The position numbers and the translations under genes were made by a program. A stretch of 64,000 bases of DNA from Squalus acanthias (taxonomy: Eukaryota). Positions 1 to 13,602 of this stretch are shown in pieces. Below the pieces are notes generated by a model. That model made no database searches. It was not told the DNA's origin and saw nothing but the letters and a program-made list of their open reading frames with translations. The DNA is taken from the NCBI GenBank assembly GCA_030390025.1, contig CM059432.1, positions 123,754,001 to 123,818,000 of the forward strand. Direction: 5' to 3'. Positions within the stretch are counted from its first letter, which is position 1, and every line of letters begins with the position of its first letter.

Positions 1-159
1 AGTTTCAAAGACGGAATGACGACGAACACTGCCAGTTCGCCATCATCAGGACCACAAATTCCGGGCCATTATCTTTCATAAGTATCATGAATGGTAAGGA
101 ATGATTACCGGGCCACTGGGAAATTGCTTTGTCAATTTGCTTTGGTGTTGCACACAGAG

Positions 160-344
160 GGAGCAATTTTAACGATTAGGGGTGGTATAAAACAAGCGAT
201 ATTGAATCCGTTGATGGGTATACACCTCTCCCGATTTTAGTTTTCGTTGATTTCAATGGAAAGGGAAATCAGAGGGCGATATACAACAAGCAGCTGATCT
301 GATATCGCCCATTTTACATTATCGACAGAAGTTAAAATTACCCC
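160..344. mobile_element. Short palindromic MITE-like element
   Basis: Ends GGAGCAATTTTAAC ... GTTAAAATTACCCC are imperfect inverted repeats; internal arms are also complementary (gcgatattgaatc / gatctgatatcgc). Confidence 0.55.
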
Positions 345-1928
345 TGGGAGTTAAGACAAATGTAGATTTGAGTGGCAAAAATGGTGGGGATTTTCCCTCA
401 TTTCCTGTGGAAAAATTGTATCGGTACCCTGTTTCTGAGCCTGATTGTTAATTAATGCCCACCTCCCTTCCCAGGCCACTGAGCCACCTAGGTACCTAGA
501 TGTGTATACAGTCCAGTAATCCGATAACCCACGGAAAGCCAGCAGTCAGACAGACATGCTGCTGGGTAGCAGGCTGTTGCTGTCTATAGCTTTGAAAATG
601 TAGGAACCTTCTTGGTCATGTGATGAGAGCACTTGCCATCTCCTTTATAAATTTGACACTGGGGATCCATTAGTACTCGTAGAGTCTTTTCGTAATGCCT
701 GTAAGAAGCCCGTAGCATCAAAGCTGATGCATTCACTTGCAGTGCTGTCTTTATCAGGAATGCTGAGTACAGATAAGTGTTCATCATGGGACAGACAGCA
801 CTCTGGGAAGAACAGACTAATATACACATTTTTACACAGTCAAGGCCAAGTAGTTAGTTTCTGGTCTATTCTTTGCAAAGGATGCTCTTTCCTCCTTCAG
901 CGTCCTATTCTCTTTTATCTGCTTTATTTTTCCTGATGCATTATTGACTAAAAGGAAAACATTAAAAACCACAGAGATCTTTGAACTCATGAACATCTTA
1001 AAAGTATTAACTTGATACCTAAATGTAAGCTATTTTAGTTATGGCTAAATACCATGGCCTAGAAATTCGATATCAGTAAAAAGCTGCCGCTGCCGCTGCG
1101 GGCCGGTGTTAATGGCCTCTGAAAATGGTGGCGTTGGCAGGACCGGTAAATTGGCACTGGTAGCTAATTAACATTAGCCCAGCGCTAAACTCACTGTGCA
1201 AAGCTGTTCTGGTGGCGTTAGTCCCGGCAGGAGGCCCCAATGTAGCATGACCGTAGCATCATTGCAGCAAGAACAGCCTTCTCTTAAAGCAAGGCTGTCA
1301 TTTCAGAAAGCAGTTCAGTCAGGGAAGGGGCACCCAGGGTCTCGCACGCAACACTCCAGCTTTGTGCGGGGGGGTCAACACTGCAAGAAAGGTCCTCTAC
1401 CCACAGGGGCCAGGAGGCCCTCCAGAAAAAACGATGTGGGACCAGATCACCGAGGCAGTCACTGCCAGCAGTGTCGCAGCCCCACCACCTGGCTTCAGTG
1501 CCCAAAGAAGCTTCATGACCTCAGACCACTGGTCAAGGTTAGTGAATGCATCTTCAAAAGCCGTCTCCTACCAACTGAACCACTAACATCACAAACTTCT
1601 CAATACACGACCCTCCCCCGCCACAATTGCTCACCTACAAACAATCTGCATCAAACACAAGGCACACCTCCTATTCCTAGCTTCACCTCACCCCCTTGGA
1701 GGAGCTGGCCATTCTTGACAGGGGCATGGCTGAGCCCTTGGCCAGCGGCGGGGCTGAAAGGATACAAGATGCTGGTATCCTCATACGTTATTCTCCTTCT
1801 GGTATGTACCTCTTGCTTTCCCGTCCTCCCCTCACCATAACTCCACCTTTGTGCCTTCCTTATTTCACACACCCTAGAAATGCAGCCTGCCCAGCTAGTG
1901 GTTGACCAAGAAGAGGGAGAGGAGAGTG

Positions 1929-1993
1929 AAGAAGAAGAAGAAGAAGAAGAAGAAGAAGAAGAAGAAGGAGAAGAAGAAGAAGCAGAAGAAGAA
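1929..1993 (+). repeat. (GAA)n microsatellite / poly-Glu tract
   Basis: Directly visible GAA run with a few interruptions. Confidence 0.95.
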
Positions 1994-2512
1994 CAAACAC
2001 TGTCACTCGATTTGACACTCCCAGCCCCCAGCTCCTCAAGGTCAACCAGCAAGGACATTTGCAGTGTCCCCCACTGAAAGTCAGCAGCCTTCCACCAGCC
2101 ATGCTGCAGCCACTGGGGTAGCATTGCGTGACATCAGTAGGATAGGCAAAGGCACACACAAGACAGTCACTATGGGAATGCATAAGGGTAATGAGTTGAT
2201 TTCTCAATGTCATATTGGATGGATAGATGTATAAAATTGGATTGGAAAGTTTGCTTTGTGGTGGCTTTTATTTCAGCATCGTGGCCAAGAGGACATTGTG
2301 ATGATCAGTAACAGAGCGAAGGTAAAGTGTGGGACAAATGTGGAAAGGGGAATTGGGGTTGTGGTCACTGGTATCGTAGGCGGATGATTCCATCCCGGAT
2401 ATCCCAGCCAGAAAGTGGCTGTCTGGGTTGCATCCTTCCTTCTGCTTCCTCCTCTTCTGCTTCCTCCTCTTCTGCTTCCTCCTCGTCTGCGTCTTCCTCT
2501 TCCCTCTGCGAG

Positions 2513-2650
2513 CAGATGCTGTAAATCTGAAATAAAAGCATAAAATGCTGGAAATACTCAGCAGGTCAGGCAGCATCTCGACCTGAAACGTTAACTCTGT
2601 TTCTCTCTCCACAGATGCTGCCTGACCTGCTGAGTATTTCCAGCATTTTC
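2513..2650. mobile_element. Penelope terminal-repeat fragments in inverted arrangement
   Basis: aaaatgctggaaatactcagcaggtcaggcagcatc followed by its reverse complement; same sequence as the Penelope ends at 15290-15420 and 18480-18583. Confidence 0.75.
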
Positions 2651-3757
2651 TATCTTCTCAGAGGCCTGCCTTTACCATCTAAGACCTTGCAAGCACCCAG
2701 CAGTACTCCCTGCACACTTAAAAAACTTTTAACATATATTGCACCCAGCCGCGACTTCAATAAAATTTTAAAAAATCCAGTCCAAAAGCTTAAATGCAAA
2801 CTTACCTGAAAGATGTGTGTGTGTCCCTTTAAGAAGTGATGACAGCGTCTCTGTCAGTCTGCTGAACACTCGCTTTACAGAGTGAGCTTAGGACCCAGTG
2901 CTGAATTCAGCGCTAAGGTCAAAGTTCGCAGAGCATGACGTTAAGTCTGCGTTGCATGCCGACTGATGTCACACTCCCCTCCATTTGTATCTCCAGGGCC
3001 AGCGCCTCTGTCGGCCTCTAAGGCCCTCACCAAAATGGCGGCTGCCGAGTCCAGTGCCAGAGAAGGGCGTTAGAGTGGCGGCCACCATTTTTCGCCAGGA
3101 TAGCTGCGCAAATGGGTGGCTCCAAGGTTGGCAATTTCTAGGTCCATAAGTGAAGCTGGTGTTGACAGCCCTCTGACCCCTCACCATGTGCTGAACATTA
3201 ACAGACTATTGGGAGGGGAGTGGGCTGGGGAGTGTGAAGAAATCACAGTCCAGCCTGATCCTGTACTCACTTGATGTTCACACACATACACATTCCAGCA
3301 AGGATCAGTGTGCAGCGATCAAGCATGGGAATCCTTGTTGATTTTGACAATAAGTTAGTGGAAGTGTTCATGAAGAAGTACCCCAGCACAAGTCACTACC
3401 TTCAGGAGAAAAGGAGAGAAAATTCTCGAAGATGATGTAAACACCGCAGATATTGGTGCTGGGGTCTCTCAGCAGGAGGGAAGAAAAGAGCCAAGTACAA
3501 ACTCCTAGAGGGTCAGAGCACAATTTGCCAATGCTCGAAAAGTAATCCCCAAGTCACCAGAACATAAAATAGATGGGAACGTAAGAAGAGCTCAAGACAA
3601 GAAAGGGCCATTCAGTCCACCGAAGCTTATACTTCTATTACTGAAAGTCACAAAGTCTATCATCCAATTGTATTTTGAATGTCCTAAAATTTGCATCTCT
3701 ACTAATCTGCCAGGCATATTATTCGGCACATTTATTACCATATGTGTGAGCCACTTA

Positions 3758-3930
3758 ATATCCTTAAAATCTACCTCTTTGACCAAGCTTTTGGTCATCT
3801 GCCCTAATTTCTCCTATGTCGCTCGGAGTCGAACTTTTGTCTTATAACACTCCTGTGAAGCGCCTTGGGACTTTTTACTACATTAAACGTGCTATATAAA
3901 TACAAGTTGTTGTTGTTGTTGTTGTTGTTG
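3758..3930 (+). mobile_element. L2 LINE 3' end with (GTT)n tail
   Basis: Matches the L2 3' end at 34440-34588 (ctacctctttgaccaagcttttggtcatctg...gtgaagcgccttggga) and ends in a GTT repeat. Confidence 0.75.
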
Positions 3931-3934
3931 ATAT

Positions 3935-4790
3935 ACAAGGTCTCCCCTTAACCGTCTTTTCTCTAGGCTATACTGAGTGAGCTTTATTAAACTTTTCTTC
4001 ATACTTCATCTCTTTTTACATTTGGAATCATTCTTTTTTTTGCACCCTCTTCAATGCTTGCATGGCTTTTTTGGAATATAGTGACCAGATTGTATCCAGT
4101 GTTACAAGTGTGGTCTGGCCAGAACATTATACAGCATTTGCATAATCTCTTATATTCCACTGTTCTAGCATCTATATACTAGCAGTTAGTTAGCATTTTT
4201 TTTTTAATTGGCTCACCACATTGTTCAGACATTGGCAGAGTTGCCTATTACTCCAAGGCCGGTTTCTGAGTCACCTAACTACATTACATTCATTTTGTAC
4301 TTCTGTCACAGATTATTCTATTCACTGTGCACGACTTGTCAGTGTTAAATTTCATCTGCCATCTATGCGGCCATTTCCATAAATTATTTGAATCTCTCTG
4401 CAAATCCTTAGATGCATCTTCAGTTTCTGCAGGACTGTTTACATTAACGTCATCCGCAAATCTGAGAAATGTGCAGTTGGTTTCAGGTTCCGGATCATTT
4501 ATGTAAATAAGAAATAATGGCGGTCTCAGCACTAACCTGCAGGGCCAACACACAGTACTCTTCCCACTCCGACAATCACCTCTCACTAGCACCCTCTATC
4601 GTTTAGCCAACTCTGTATCCCGTCTCATACTATACCCATGGTTCTTATGTGGAATTTAACCAAAAGGCTTCTGAAAGTCCAAATAAACTATATTGTAGGG
4701 AATGCCATTATCTACTTCATCTGGAACATCCTCAAAAGGAGTCAAAGAAATTTGTCAACTATGATCTTCCTCTTCTAAGCCCATCCTCAA
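3935..4790 (-). mobile_element. Old CR1 LINE RT fragment
   Basis: Minus-strand peptide LFLIYIND..FADD..DLQRD..WQMKFNTDK (ORF 4290-4592). Confidence 0.75.
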
Positions 4791-4859
4791 GTTCATCCAT
4801 CCTCAAGCTGAGCTTTGTGCACACAGTCCCCATAACATTAACATGGCCATCAACATTTA

Positions 4860-6597
4860 AACGATAATGATGGCCGAAATATTAAATAATTACTTTGCTT
4901 CAGTATTTACGTGGGAGATAGAACAGCTGAACATGACATTGGATGATGAAATTAGTAATGGGATAAGTGCATTTAAAATAAAAAGAGGAGAACTATTAAA
5001 TAAACTAAATCAAATTCAAAAGAGGATAAAACCCCCGGTCCGGACGGATTATATCCGCGCATTTTAAAAGAATCTAGGGAAGAGATAGCAGAGGCATTAC
5101 TACACATATTTAATAATTCGTTAGAAAAAGGTGTAGTGTGGTGTAGCGGATAGCTAACGTAATACCTATATTTAAGAAGGGAGATAGGACATGTCCAGGG
5201 AATTATAGACCAGTCAGCTTAACATCGGTGGTAGAAAAATAATGAAATCCCTACTAAAGGAGAAAATAGAAGAACATCTAGAAACCAAAAATATAATAAT
5301 GAATAGTCAGCATGGATTTCAAAAGGGAAAGTCTTGCTTGACAAACCGCATTGAATTTTTTTAAGAGAGAGTAGACAAGGGCAATGTAGTAGATGTAATT
5401 TATCTAGATTTTCAAAAGGCCTTCGATAAGGTGCCACATAATAGACTAATAAATAAGAGCAGAGCATGTGGAGTCAGGGGACAAGTAGCAGAATGGATAA
5501 CTAGCTGGCTTCAAGACAGAAAGCAGTGAGTAGGGGTAAAGGGTAGCTATTCAGAGTGGCAGAAGGTGGGAAGTGGTGTTCCACAAGGATCAATGCTAGG
5601 ACCACTGTTCACAATTTATATTAATGATTTAGACTTTGAAATCAAAAGCACAATTTCTAAATTTGCGGATGACACCAAATTCGGGGGGTGGGATAATCAA
5701 TACTGAGCAGGACTGCAACAAATTACAGGAAGACATTAATAAACTTGCAGAATGGGCATATAATTGGCAAATGAATTTCAACACAGATAAATGTGAGGTA
5801 TTACATTTTCGTAGGGAGAATAGGGAGGTCACTTATTACTTGGAGGGTGCGAGTCTGGATGGGGTAGAGGAGCAAAGGGATCTCGGAGTACAAATATACA
5901 AATCACTAAAAGTAGCAACACAGCTTAACAAGGCCATAAAAAACCAAAAAAAAACCCCTATGGTTTATTTCTAGAGGGATAGATTTGAAAAGTAGTGAAG
6001 TTATGCTAAACCTGTATTGAACCTTGGTTAGACCACACTTGGAGTACTGCGTACAATGCTGGTCGCCATATTATAAAAAGGATATAGAGGCACAGGAGAG
6101 GGTGCAGAGAAGATTTACAAGGATGATACCAGAAATGCAAGGGTAAACCTATCAGGAAAGGCTGAACAGGCTGGGTCTCTTTTCTCTTGAAAAGAGAAGG
6201 CTGAGGGGTGACCTAATAGAGGCCTTTAAAATTATGAAAGGTTTTGATAGAGTGGATACAGAAAGAGTGTTTCCACTTGTGGGGAAGAGCATAACTAGAG
6301 GCCATCTATTGATAGTCACCAAGAAATCCAATAGGGAATTCAGAAGAAACTTCTTTACCCAAAGAGTGGTGAGAATGTAGAACTCGCTACCATAGGGAGT
6401 GGTTGAAGCGAATAGTATAGATGCATTTAAGGGGAGGCTAGATAAGCATATGAGGGAGAAGGGAATAGAGGGTTATGCTGATAGATTTAGATGAAGAAAG
6501 ATGGGAGGAGGCTCAAGTGGAGCATAAACGCCGGCATGGAGTGTTTGGGCTGAATGACCTGTTTCTGTGCCGTATAGCCTATGTAATCCTATGTAAT
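4860..6597 (+). mobile_element. CR1 LINE, 5'-truncated ORF2 pseudogene and 3' UTR
   Basis: AEILNNYFASVFT, NYRPVSLTS, QHGFQKGKSCLT, FADDTK, WQMNFNTDKCEVLHF motifs across frameshifts; tail repeat cctatgtaat x2. Confidence 0.9.
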
Positions 6598-6737
6598 ATA
6601 AACAAAATTAAGTATAAAGAAAAATTTACTATTACAAGAAACTCTTTTCAAGCCATGGTACAGACAGAAAACGTGTAGAATCTCATTGGAAGCGATATTC
6701 ATCCAATAACTGAACCTAATGCTTTAATGCACTGATG

Positions 6738-7000
6738 GGCCTAGAAATTCGGCCACACAGTGCCTATTTTTTAGCCGCTAAATGGCCTCCGAAGCCTCCA
6801 ATTTGGCCGGCAAACATTACGAGCTAGAATATGCCACCCGCCAAAAAATCGATGTGCAGTGCCCACGCCTAGAACAGGCGTTAGACCCTTTGCTTATGCA
6901 AATAAAGGGCCAGATGCCTGTTTGAGGCCCTCACTGCAAGATTGGTTTACTGCACTCAGGAAAACCAGGTCTGCATGTAACTTAACAGGCGGTCCTCACA
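6738..7000. mobile_element. Harbinger-type MITE fragment
   Basis: Starts GGGCCTAGAAATTCGGCC; related text recurs at ~9100-9260. No right end identified. Confidence 0.45.
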
Positions 7001-9581
7001 GGGGCAAATGTCAGTCGTTGATAGAGGTAATGGGCTTGGTTTCCTGGCCAGTCATAGTAAAAGGACAGGAAATCTAGCTCAATAATTTTCTTTTTCTGGA
7101 TCACTTATGCTTTTCATAATCAACAACTCATGCTAAATATAGTGAGACCTCCATGCTCCAAATATCTACTTTCCTGATTATCTGCCAGAATTCTGACAGA
7201 ATAAAGCCTCATTAGATCACCTTTTTGTACACCCAACTAACATCAATCATCTCGTTGTCTGACATAAGTCACTCTCACTGCCCAAGAAAGATTAAATGCA
7301 ATTTATGTTACTTGTACTGCTCTTGTCTTTATTCCCATGCCAAAAGTATTGCTGTATCATATGTGTAAAACCAAAATTTGGTGATTCTAAATTACCTACC
7401 AATTTCCATTATACAATAGGGATTTCCCTATTGAGGCAGATAATGAAGGTTCAACGTTTTTTTATAAATATTAAATGTTGTATGTTTCTGAAATATTCAG
7501 TACTTTCAATTTTTGAAAGAGATGTTTTAATAAATGAGTTATTAGCACAGTTCAAAGGAAAATTTCTCACATGATAATTTGGGAAAGCATTTACTACTGT
7601 GCTTAAGTAATGTATGCAACCAAACTGTTTAAAATATTATACGCGTTCACTCTTTGTGACAGAAAGATGTAACTATGAAAAGGAACTTTTGAGATAAAAA
7701 AGATAATCTCTAATAAACAGATGAATTATTATAGCAATTTTTTGCACTACTCAAATTGAAGACAGACTGATATGATGAGAAGAGAGACAGATTCCATTTC
7801 TCAGGCCCAAAATACTGCCCTAGGCACATCTTCAGTGTAACTACCTGGGGGGAGTGGGGGGTTGGAAATTTGGGCGTAACTGGGCCATGCCAGGATTCCA
7901 CCCTGTGGAGAGGAGGTTGGGAAATTTCACTTGGGGGGGGGGAAGGGAGGAAGGGAGGAGGGGGAGAGAGAGCAGATCTTCTGCTAGTCTCCCCCATATT
8001 AAAGAGGATGTCTGGGTGACTTTGCAGGCTTCTCCAGTAATTTCCTTTCAGTATGCCACCTGACGGGCCAGATGGAACCCACGCCTGCTGAGAGAACATA
8101 AGAACATAAGAATTAGGAGCAGGAGTAGGCCATATGGCCTCGCGTGCCTGCTCCGCCATTCAATAAGATCATGGCTGATCTCACTTTCCCGCCTGATCTC
8201 CATAACCCTTGATTCCCCTCAGAGAGCGGGCATAGGCTGCATTATGAGCTTATTAAAGGCTTCAGCACGCTTCAGCAAAAAGGTCATTGTTCCCTGAGGG
8301 GCTTGATTATCTTCGCAAGCCTGCTTCGATGTCCGTGCAGGGTGAAGAGGAAAAATCTTGCACTTACCTGGTCAATTACCTGGTGGCCACAGTGACATGT
8401 TTTCTCTGTTCACTTTGTGCCAAAAAAAAGTTGTTGTGTGAGGCTGGAAGTCTTAGCTTTCTACTCATGCTGATTTTTGTGCTAATGTTAGTGGATGGAG
8501 GAAAATATACACCACAATGCATTTGCCGATGACTCCACTCTCTATAATTGCCCCTGACGCCGCACGCACGCTGTGGACTTAAAACACCACAGCGTGCCGG
8601 GAAACCTGACCTGCCGCGTTTCCCGCCGTCTCCCACGTGCCTCCCGCACCGTGCGGGGGGGACCCGGGAAAATCCAGCCCGATATATGTTAATATTTTTA
8701 AAACGGTACACGTTTCACCACCTGCGTAACATTTTGCACAGCAGTTCCCTTCCAAGTCGCACAACCTAATTTGGACATATACCTTGGTTCATTCACAGTT
8801 GCTGGGTCAAAGTCCTGCAATTCCCTGCCTAGCACCATCAGGACGGCAGGATTTCCTCTAGGATTGCAGTGGTTCAAGGAGAAGGCACACCACCAATCTC
8901 TCAGAGTAATTATGGATGGGCAATAAATGGAGCTTTGCCAGCGTCAACTACATCCTGCGAACAAATATTTTAAAAGTCCAGTTACGTAGCCAAACACAGC
9001 AGTATTTTTTGTGCCGGTAACGCCTCACAAACAACCATGAGACGAATATACAATTAATCTGCTTTCGGTTGAGAGAGTAATATTGACTAGGACACCTGGT
9101 TCTAGAAATTCGGCCAATAAACCGGCCACATGGTGCCCATGCCTGAAAAGGCGTTAGGTCTTTTGCATATGTAAATAAAGGCCTAGCACTTGTTTGAGGC
9201 CTCCACTGCAAAATTGGCTTGCCCTGAGCAGCCGGCACCGGCACGGCATGCAACCTACAAGATAAGATTTAAAATATGAATGTAGAGCTCGGAGGAGAAT
9301 GAGTGCTCCTCTTCCCGACCCCTGTTCGCCGCCGCTACCTCCTGATATGTGTGCGCATGAACTTCTAGATCATTTTAACATGGGATCTGTAACATCTATC
9401 TAAATCACTGGAACAGGCAGACAGGGCATCAGTTTAAAATCTCATCCGAAGGACAACATATCTGAACATGCAGCACTTGCCTCAGTACTGCACTGCAATG
9501 TCAGCCTAGTTTATATGTTCAACCAATAGAAATACCATTTTTTTTATTAACGAGCATCACCTCAGAAATTACCTATATATT

Positions 9582-9733
9582 TGTAATATATGTGGGTAGA
9601 ACAAATGAAGGACAGAGACACAATGAGCTGCTAGTCCATGTGCTTGCTTTACTAGGCCAGAGCAAACTGAGCATGCTCATACTAAACCATGTGACAAAAG
9701 CATGTTACACTGCTTTACACTGCTTACATTACA
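9582..9733 (-). repeat. Gypsy 3' LTR (right edge 9709-9733 blurred by a small local duplication)
   Basis: Aligns with 15134-15269; followed by the pyrimidine tract ctttcccctt (PPT on the minus strand). Confidence 0.85.
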
Positions 9734-11433
9734 CTGCTTTCCCCTTAAAAAAAATGTACGTAGTCCCCTCTCAAATACAACAAAACTATGGTCCCACCTT
9801 TCCCAGCATTACATGTATCACATAACAAAAACTCCTGGCTTTTTTTCTTTTAAATCAACTACAAATGCTACAAATGAACTACAAACCCAGTTTAATAACA
9901 GGTTTGCGGAGCCTTCCTGATCTCCTTACAAAAGGTTTTGGTGTTGAACCAATTTTTGGGCTGTTTTGTTCTGGTTCCGAACTCAAAAGAAGTAGGTACC
10001 ATTGTAATGGAATAGCCATATTTCAGAAAAATACACCATCCTATAAACAGATTTTGATATTATTAATACAAGACATACTGAGTTTAAAAGTCTGGAAAGC
10101 CTGGGCGACACAGGCTGCAAACACAATACAGGCTTCTGAGATAAGGTGAAGTGTTAACAAAAGCTGTAAAACACCACAAGCTTTGAAATGGGAGATGGCT
10201 GTAAACACAAAAACAATGCCCCTATTGAAGCAAACCATTGGCGCTTCCAGAAGGTCTGGAGTTTGGGAGAAATACAATGGAATGACCCAAGTAAAGTGTT
10301 ATAAGCTAACACTCAGGGAAACAGAAACTTAGAACATTAAACAACAATATGCCTTCATAAAATAACATCAAATAAGACAGGAAACATGATTAAATATGCA
10401 ACCAATTGAGATAGCAAGAAAACAAGTAAACACCCTAAGAGAAGTGTTTTCAATTTACAAATTGTAAAAGGTACAAATAGGAAGGCTTTGAAGATATAAT
10501 ATCAATAGATGACACCAAGCAATCACATTGTGTTTGTATTGAACTTGGAACACCACGGAGTCACGACATCTGGCTTACAAGCAGTTAAGTGATATTAAGA
10601 ATTCAATAGAAAGACTTCCTAAGAATAGCATCAATAGATAAATCTGTTATACCATATTTTATGATAAGTTTTTGAAACACCTAAAGGTAGAGAGAGAATT
10701 CTAAAAGTTGGCAGCTGAAATGACAGTAAGAATAGAAAAGAATTCAATAAAGAATCACTGGAGATAATTAGCTTACATCAGCAGGAAACTTCAAAGAAAA
10801 TACGACTAAAAAAAGGTATAAAAATAGAGCTTTTCAGATAGTCAGAAGTCGCTGGAAGGGCAAGTGTTTCTCAACTTCACAGGCACGCTCTGTAAGTTTT
10901 CAACTCTGAGTCTCGGGTAATCAAGGTATTTGATTTTGGTGGATATTCTGGATTAAGAAATAAGTAGAAGTGTGGAAATGTAACAAAGTTAAGATTTGAG
11001 AATAAGGATCTCTGATAAGAAATGTAAGCTATTCGTATTTTGAACGGTTAAGTTGTGATTGCCATACCAGCTGTTAACTGAATGTCGGCTCTTAAATAAA
11101 TCTATATATTTTTAGAATTGTCTCAAGTAGTATTTCTGTATCAATCTCGCAAACTCAATTTCTGTACACTCTTCAGTGAGGAGTTGCAGAATTCTGGGGG
11201 TTTTTCCGGACCCTCATAATATCCGGAAGGTTACAGTCTAGTTAAACTTATTAAAAGTGCTATCCGGAGGACGGTAACATCTTCAGGCCATTTCTTTCCT
11301 TTAGGGAGAGGTAGTCTGAGCTTTAGACCCAATTAAGCATCTCTAGGATTCGGCTACCGCTAACTTTAGTTGAAGGTGAACGTCTGGGGAATACGCCTGA
11401 TTTGGGGTAGTCCGAAAAGGCTAGGACTTGTAA

Positions 11434-13425
11434 TTATCCCTTCACCATCACTCTGTTTCCCCACTTGATACAACCTTGCTCACAAAACAATTCAGTACGA
11501 CAGTTATGGAATGGTTTCAATTCTGTATCCAGACACTGATCAGTCCATCCATTCAAGGTGTTTTCATACACACTTACTGAATCCTTTTGAGTCTCACCTG
11601 CAATCTCAGTCGCATTTATGGGAAAGTCTTTGTCAACTGCACCTAGCGTGAAAATCGCACCTTCACTCCCAACACATGAGTCTGTTTTGCTTTGAAGTGC
11701 GATATACAATCGTGTAGTCATATTGTGACAACAACACTGCCCAACATTGCATTCTTGATGCAGCCATTGCAGGGATGGCAGATTTGGGCCCCAATATTGA
11801 TAGGAGCGGTTTGTTATCAGGGTAAAATTTCTGCCGATCAGGAACTGTTGGAATTTCTTGATTCCAAACACTATGACGAGTGCTTCCTTTTCAATTGCTG
11901 CGTAGTTTCTTTTGCTTTTTGTGAGGGTTCGCGATGCGAACGTGATTGGTTTCTCTTGGCCATCATCCATTATGTGGCTTCTGACAGCTCCCACACTGTA
12001 ACTAGAAGCATCACACACTAATGTAAGCTCACGCTCTGTGTCGTAGTGCACAAGTAGAGCATCGCTAGAGAGACTTCTCTTACAAGTGTCATTAACTTCC
12101 TGTTGTGCTTTCGTCCACTTCCACTGGACATCCTTCTTGAGGAGCTCGTGCAATGGAGCTAACATGGTCGCTAACTCAGGTAAGAAACGTACATAGTACT
12201 GGACCATTCCAAGTAAAGATCTGAACTCAGACACTTTCTGTGGCTTTGGAGCATTGATGACAGCATCAACCTATTCCTTAACTGGTTGCAAGCTAATTGC
12301 ATCAACTTTCAGACCAAGGTACACAACCTCGGGCTGCAGAAAAGCACATTTGTTGCTTTTCAATTTGACATTGTGGGAATTCAACCTTTGAAGCACTATA
12401 TCTAACACTTCTAGATTTTCTTCCTCGCTGCTTGTTGCGATCAGCACATCGTCTTGATTGCATAAGCAATTTGGAATTCCTTGCAAAATCTTATCCATCG
12501 TAGCCTGGAAGATTTTGAGGGAGGACTTTACACCATACCGCAGCTTGGTGCATGAGTACAGTCACTTGTGCGTGTTGATGGCGAGATACTGTTGACTTTC
12601 TGTCAACATTCAGCTGAGCGTAAGCGTGTGACAGGTCAAGCTTGGAGAAAACCTTTGATCCAGAGAGTGCTGCATACAAATCTTGCAATTAGGTAACAGG
12701 TACTGCTCATCGTCAACTGCTTGGTTGATAGTAACTTTGTAGTCACCGCACAAGTGTTACAGTTTTTTCTGCTTTGGGCACTACCACAATCGGGGTAGCC
12801 ATTCACTTCTGTCAGTTTTTACTAGCACTCCATTCTCTCTCAGTTTCTCTAGCTCTTCCTCCACCTGACTTTTTAATGCATAGGGGACCAGCCTTGCCTT
12901 ACAATAGACAGGCTTCACGTTGGACTTGATGCAGATATGCGCGTCGTACCCAGTGATGCCTTCATAACTGTCTGTGAACATGCTTTTATACTTGTTCAGC
13001 ATTGTGTCGAGTCGCTTCTTTGAAGCATCTACACTGAAGATGTTTTTCCAGTCTAGTTTTAACTTTCTCAACCAGTCTTTGCCCATGAGGGTTGGCCTGT
13101 TATTGTAGCTCGCTACAATAATAGGCAGCTTTACTGTCTGGCCATTGTGCTGAACTGTACATTCCATTTGTCCACATGTCTCTAGGATTTTTCCGGAGTA
13201 GGTGTTTAACTCTACGGTACTCTTTGTAAGTGGTATTTGATTAAACTTACTCTCATATGTGTTCTCACTCATGATAGAGCAGTCCGCCGCCATATCGATA
13301 CACATATCAATATATTGGGCATTGACCAAAAGTTTTGTGCGGAACTCTTTCTCACGACTGCTGGTGTTGCCACTAGTGGCATAGATACTGTAGATGCTTG
13401 GTCCTTCAATATCAGGTGTGTTCAC
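11434..13425 (-). pseudogene. pol: Gypsy pol remnant: protease, RT, RNase H, start of integrase
   Basis: IDMAADCSI (degenerate DTGA), LMGKDWL, FSKLDLSHAY, CNQDDVLI, FRSLLGMVQYY, LVCDASSYSVGAV, IEKEAL, GCIKWGNRV; several frameshifts. Confidence 0.9.
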
Positions 13426-13602
13426 TTCAATATTGTGAATTGCTCCCTTTTGTTGTCGCTGCTTTGCATTGTCACTAGAATGGTTCTTACTTCCAATGGC
13501 CTTGCTTCTGGCAGTGAAAACACTTCACATTTCTGTATTGGCAGATCTGTGGTGAGTGATTGCCAATGCAGCGATAACAATTCACTGAACTGCTCTCACC
13601 GA

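Larger units (their letters stand above)
1056..3144 (+). mobile_element. Decayed PIF/Harbinger-derived element with Myb/SANT-like gene remnant
   Basis: TIR-like ends GGCCTAGAAATT / AATTTCTAGGTC flanked by CAT on both sides. Frameshifted Myb-like peptide (MWDQITEAVTASSVA..TWLQCPKKLHDL) at ~1430-1540, acidic tract at ~1920-1995, and an opposite-strand acidic tract at ~2435-2500 like the transposase C-terminus of the intact element at 52637. Confidence 0.65.

Noticed and set aside
1651..2213. Poly-Ser, poly-Leu and poly-Glu ORFs
   Set aside because: Products of the GAA microsatellite.
10753..10770. ITGDN peptide resembling orthomyxovirus PB1 motif A
   Set aside because: Followed by a stop rather than TKWNE and no other polymerase motifs nearby; not enough to call a viral insert.
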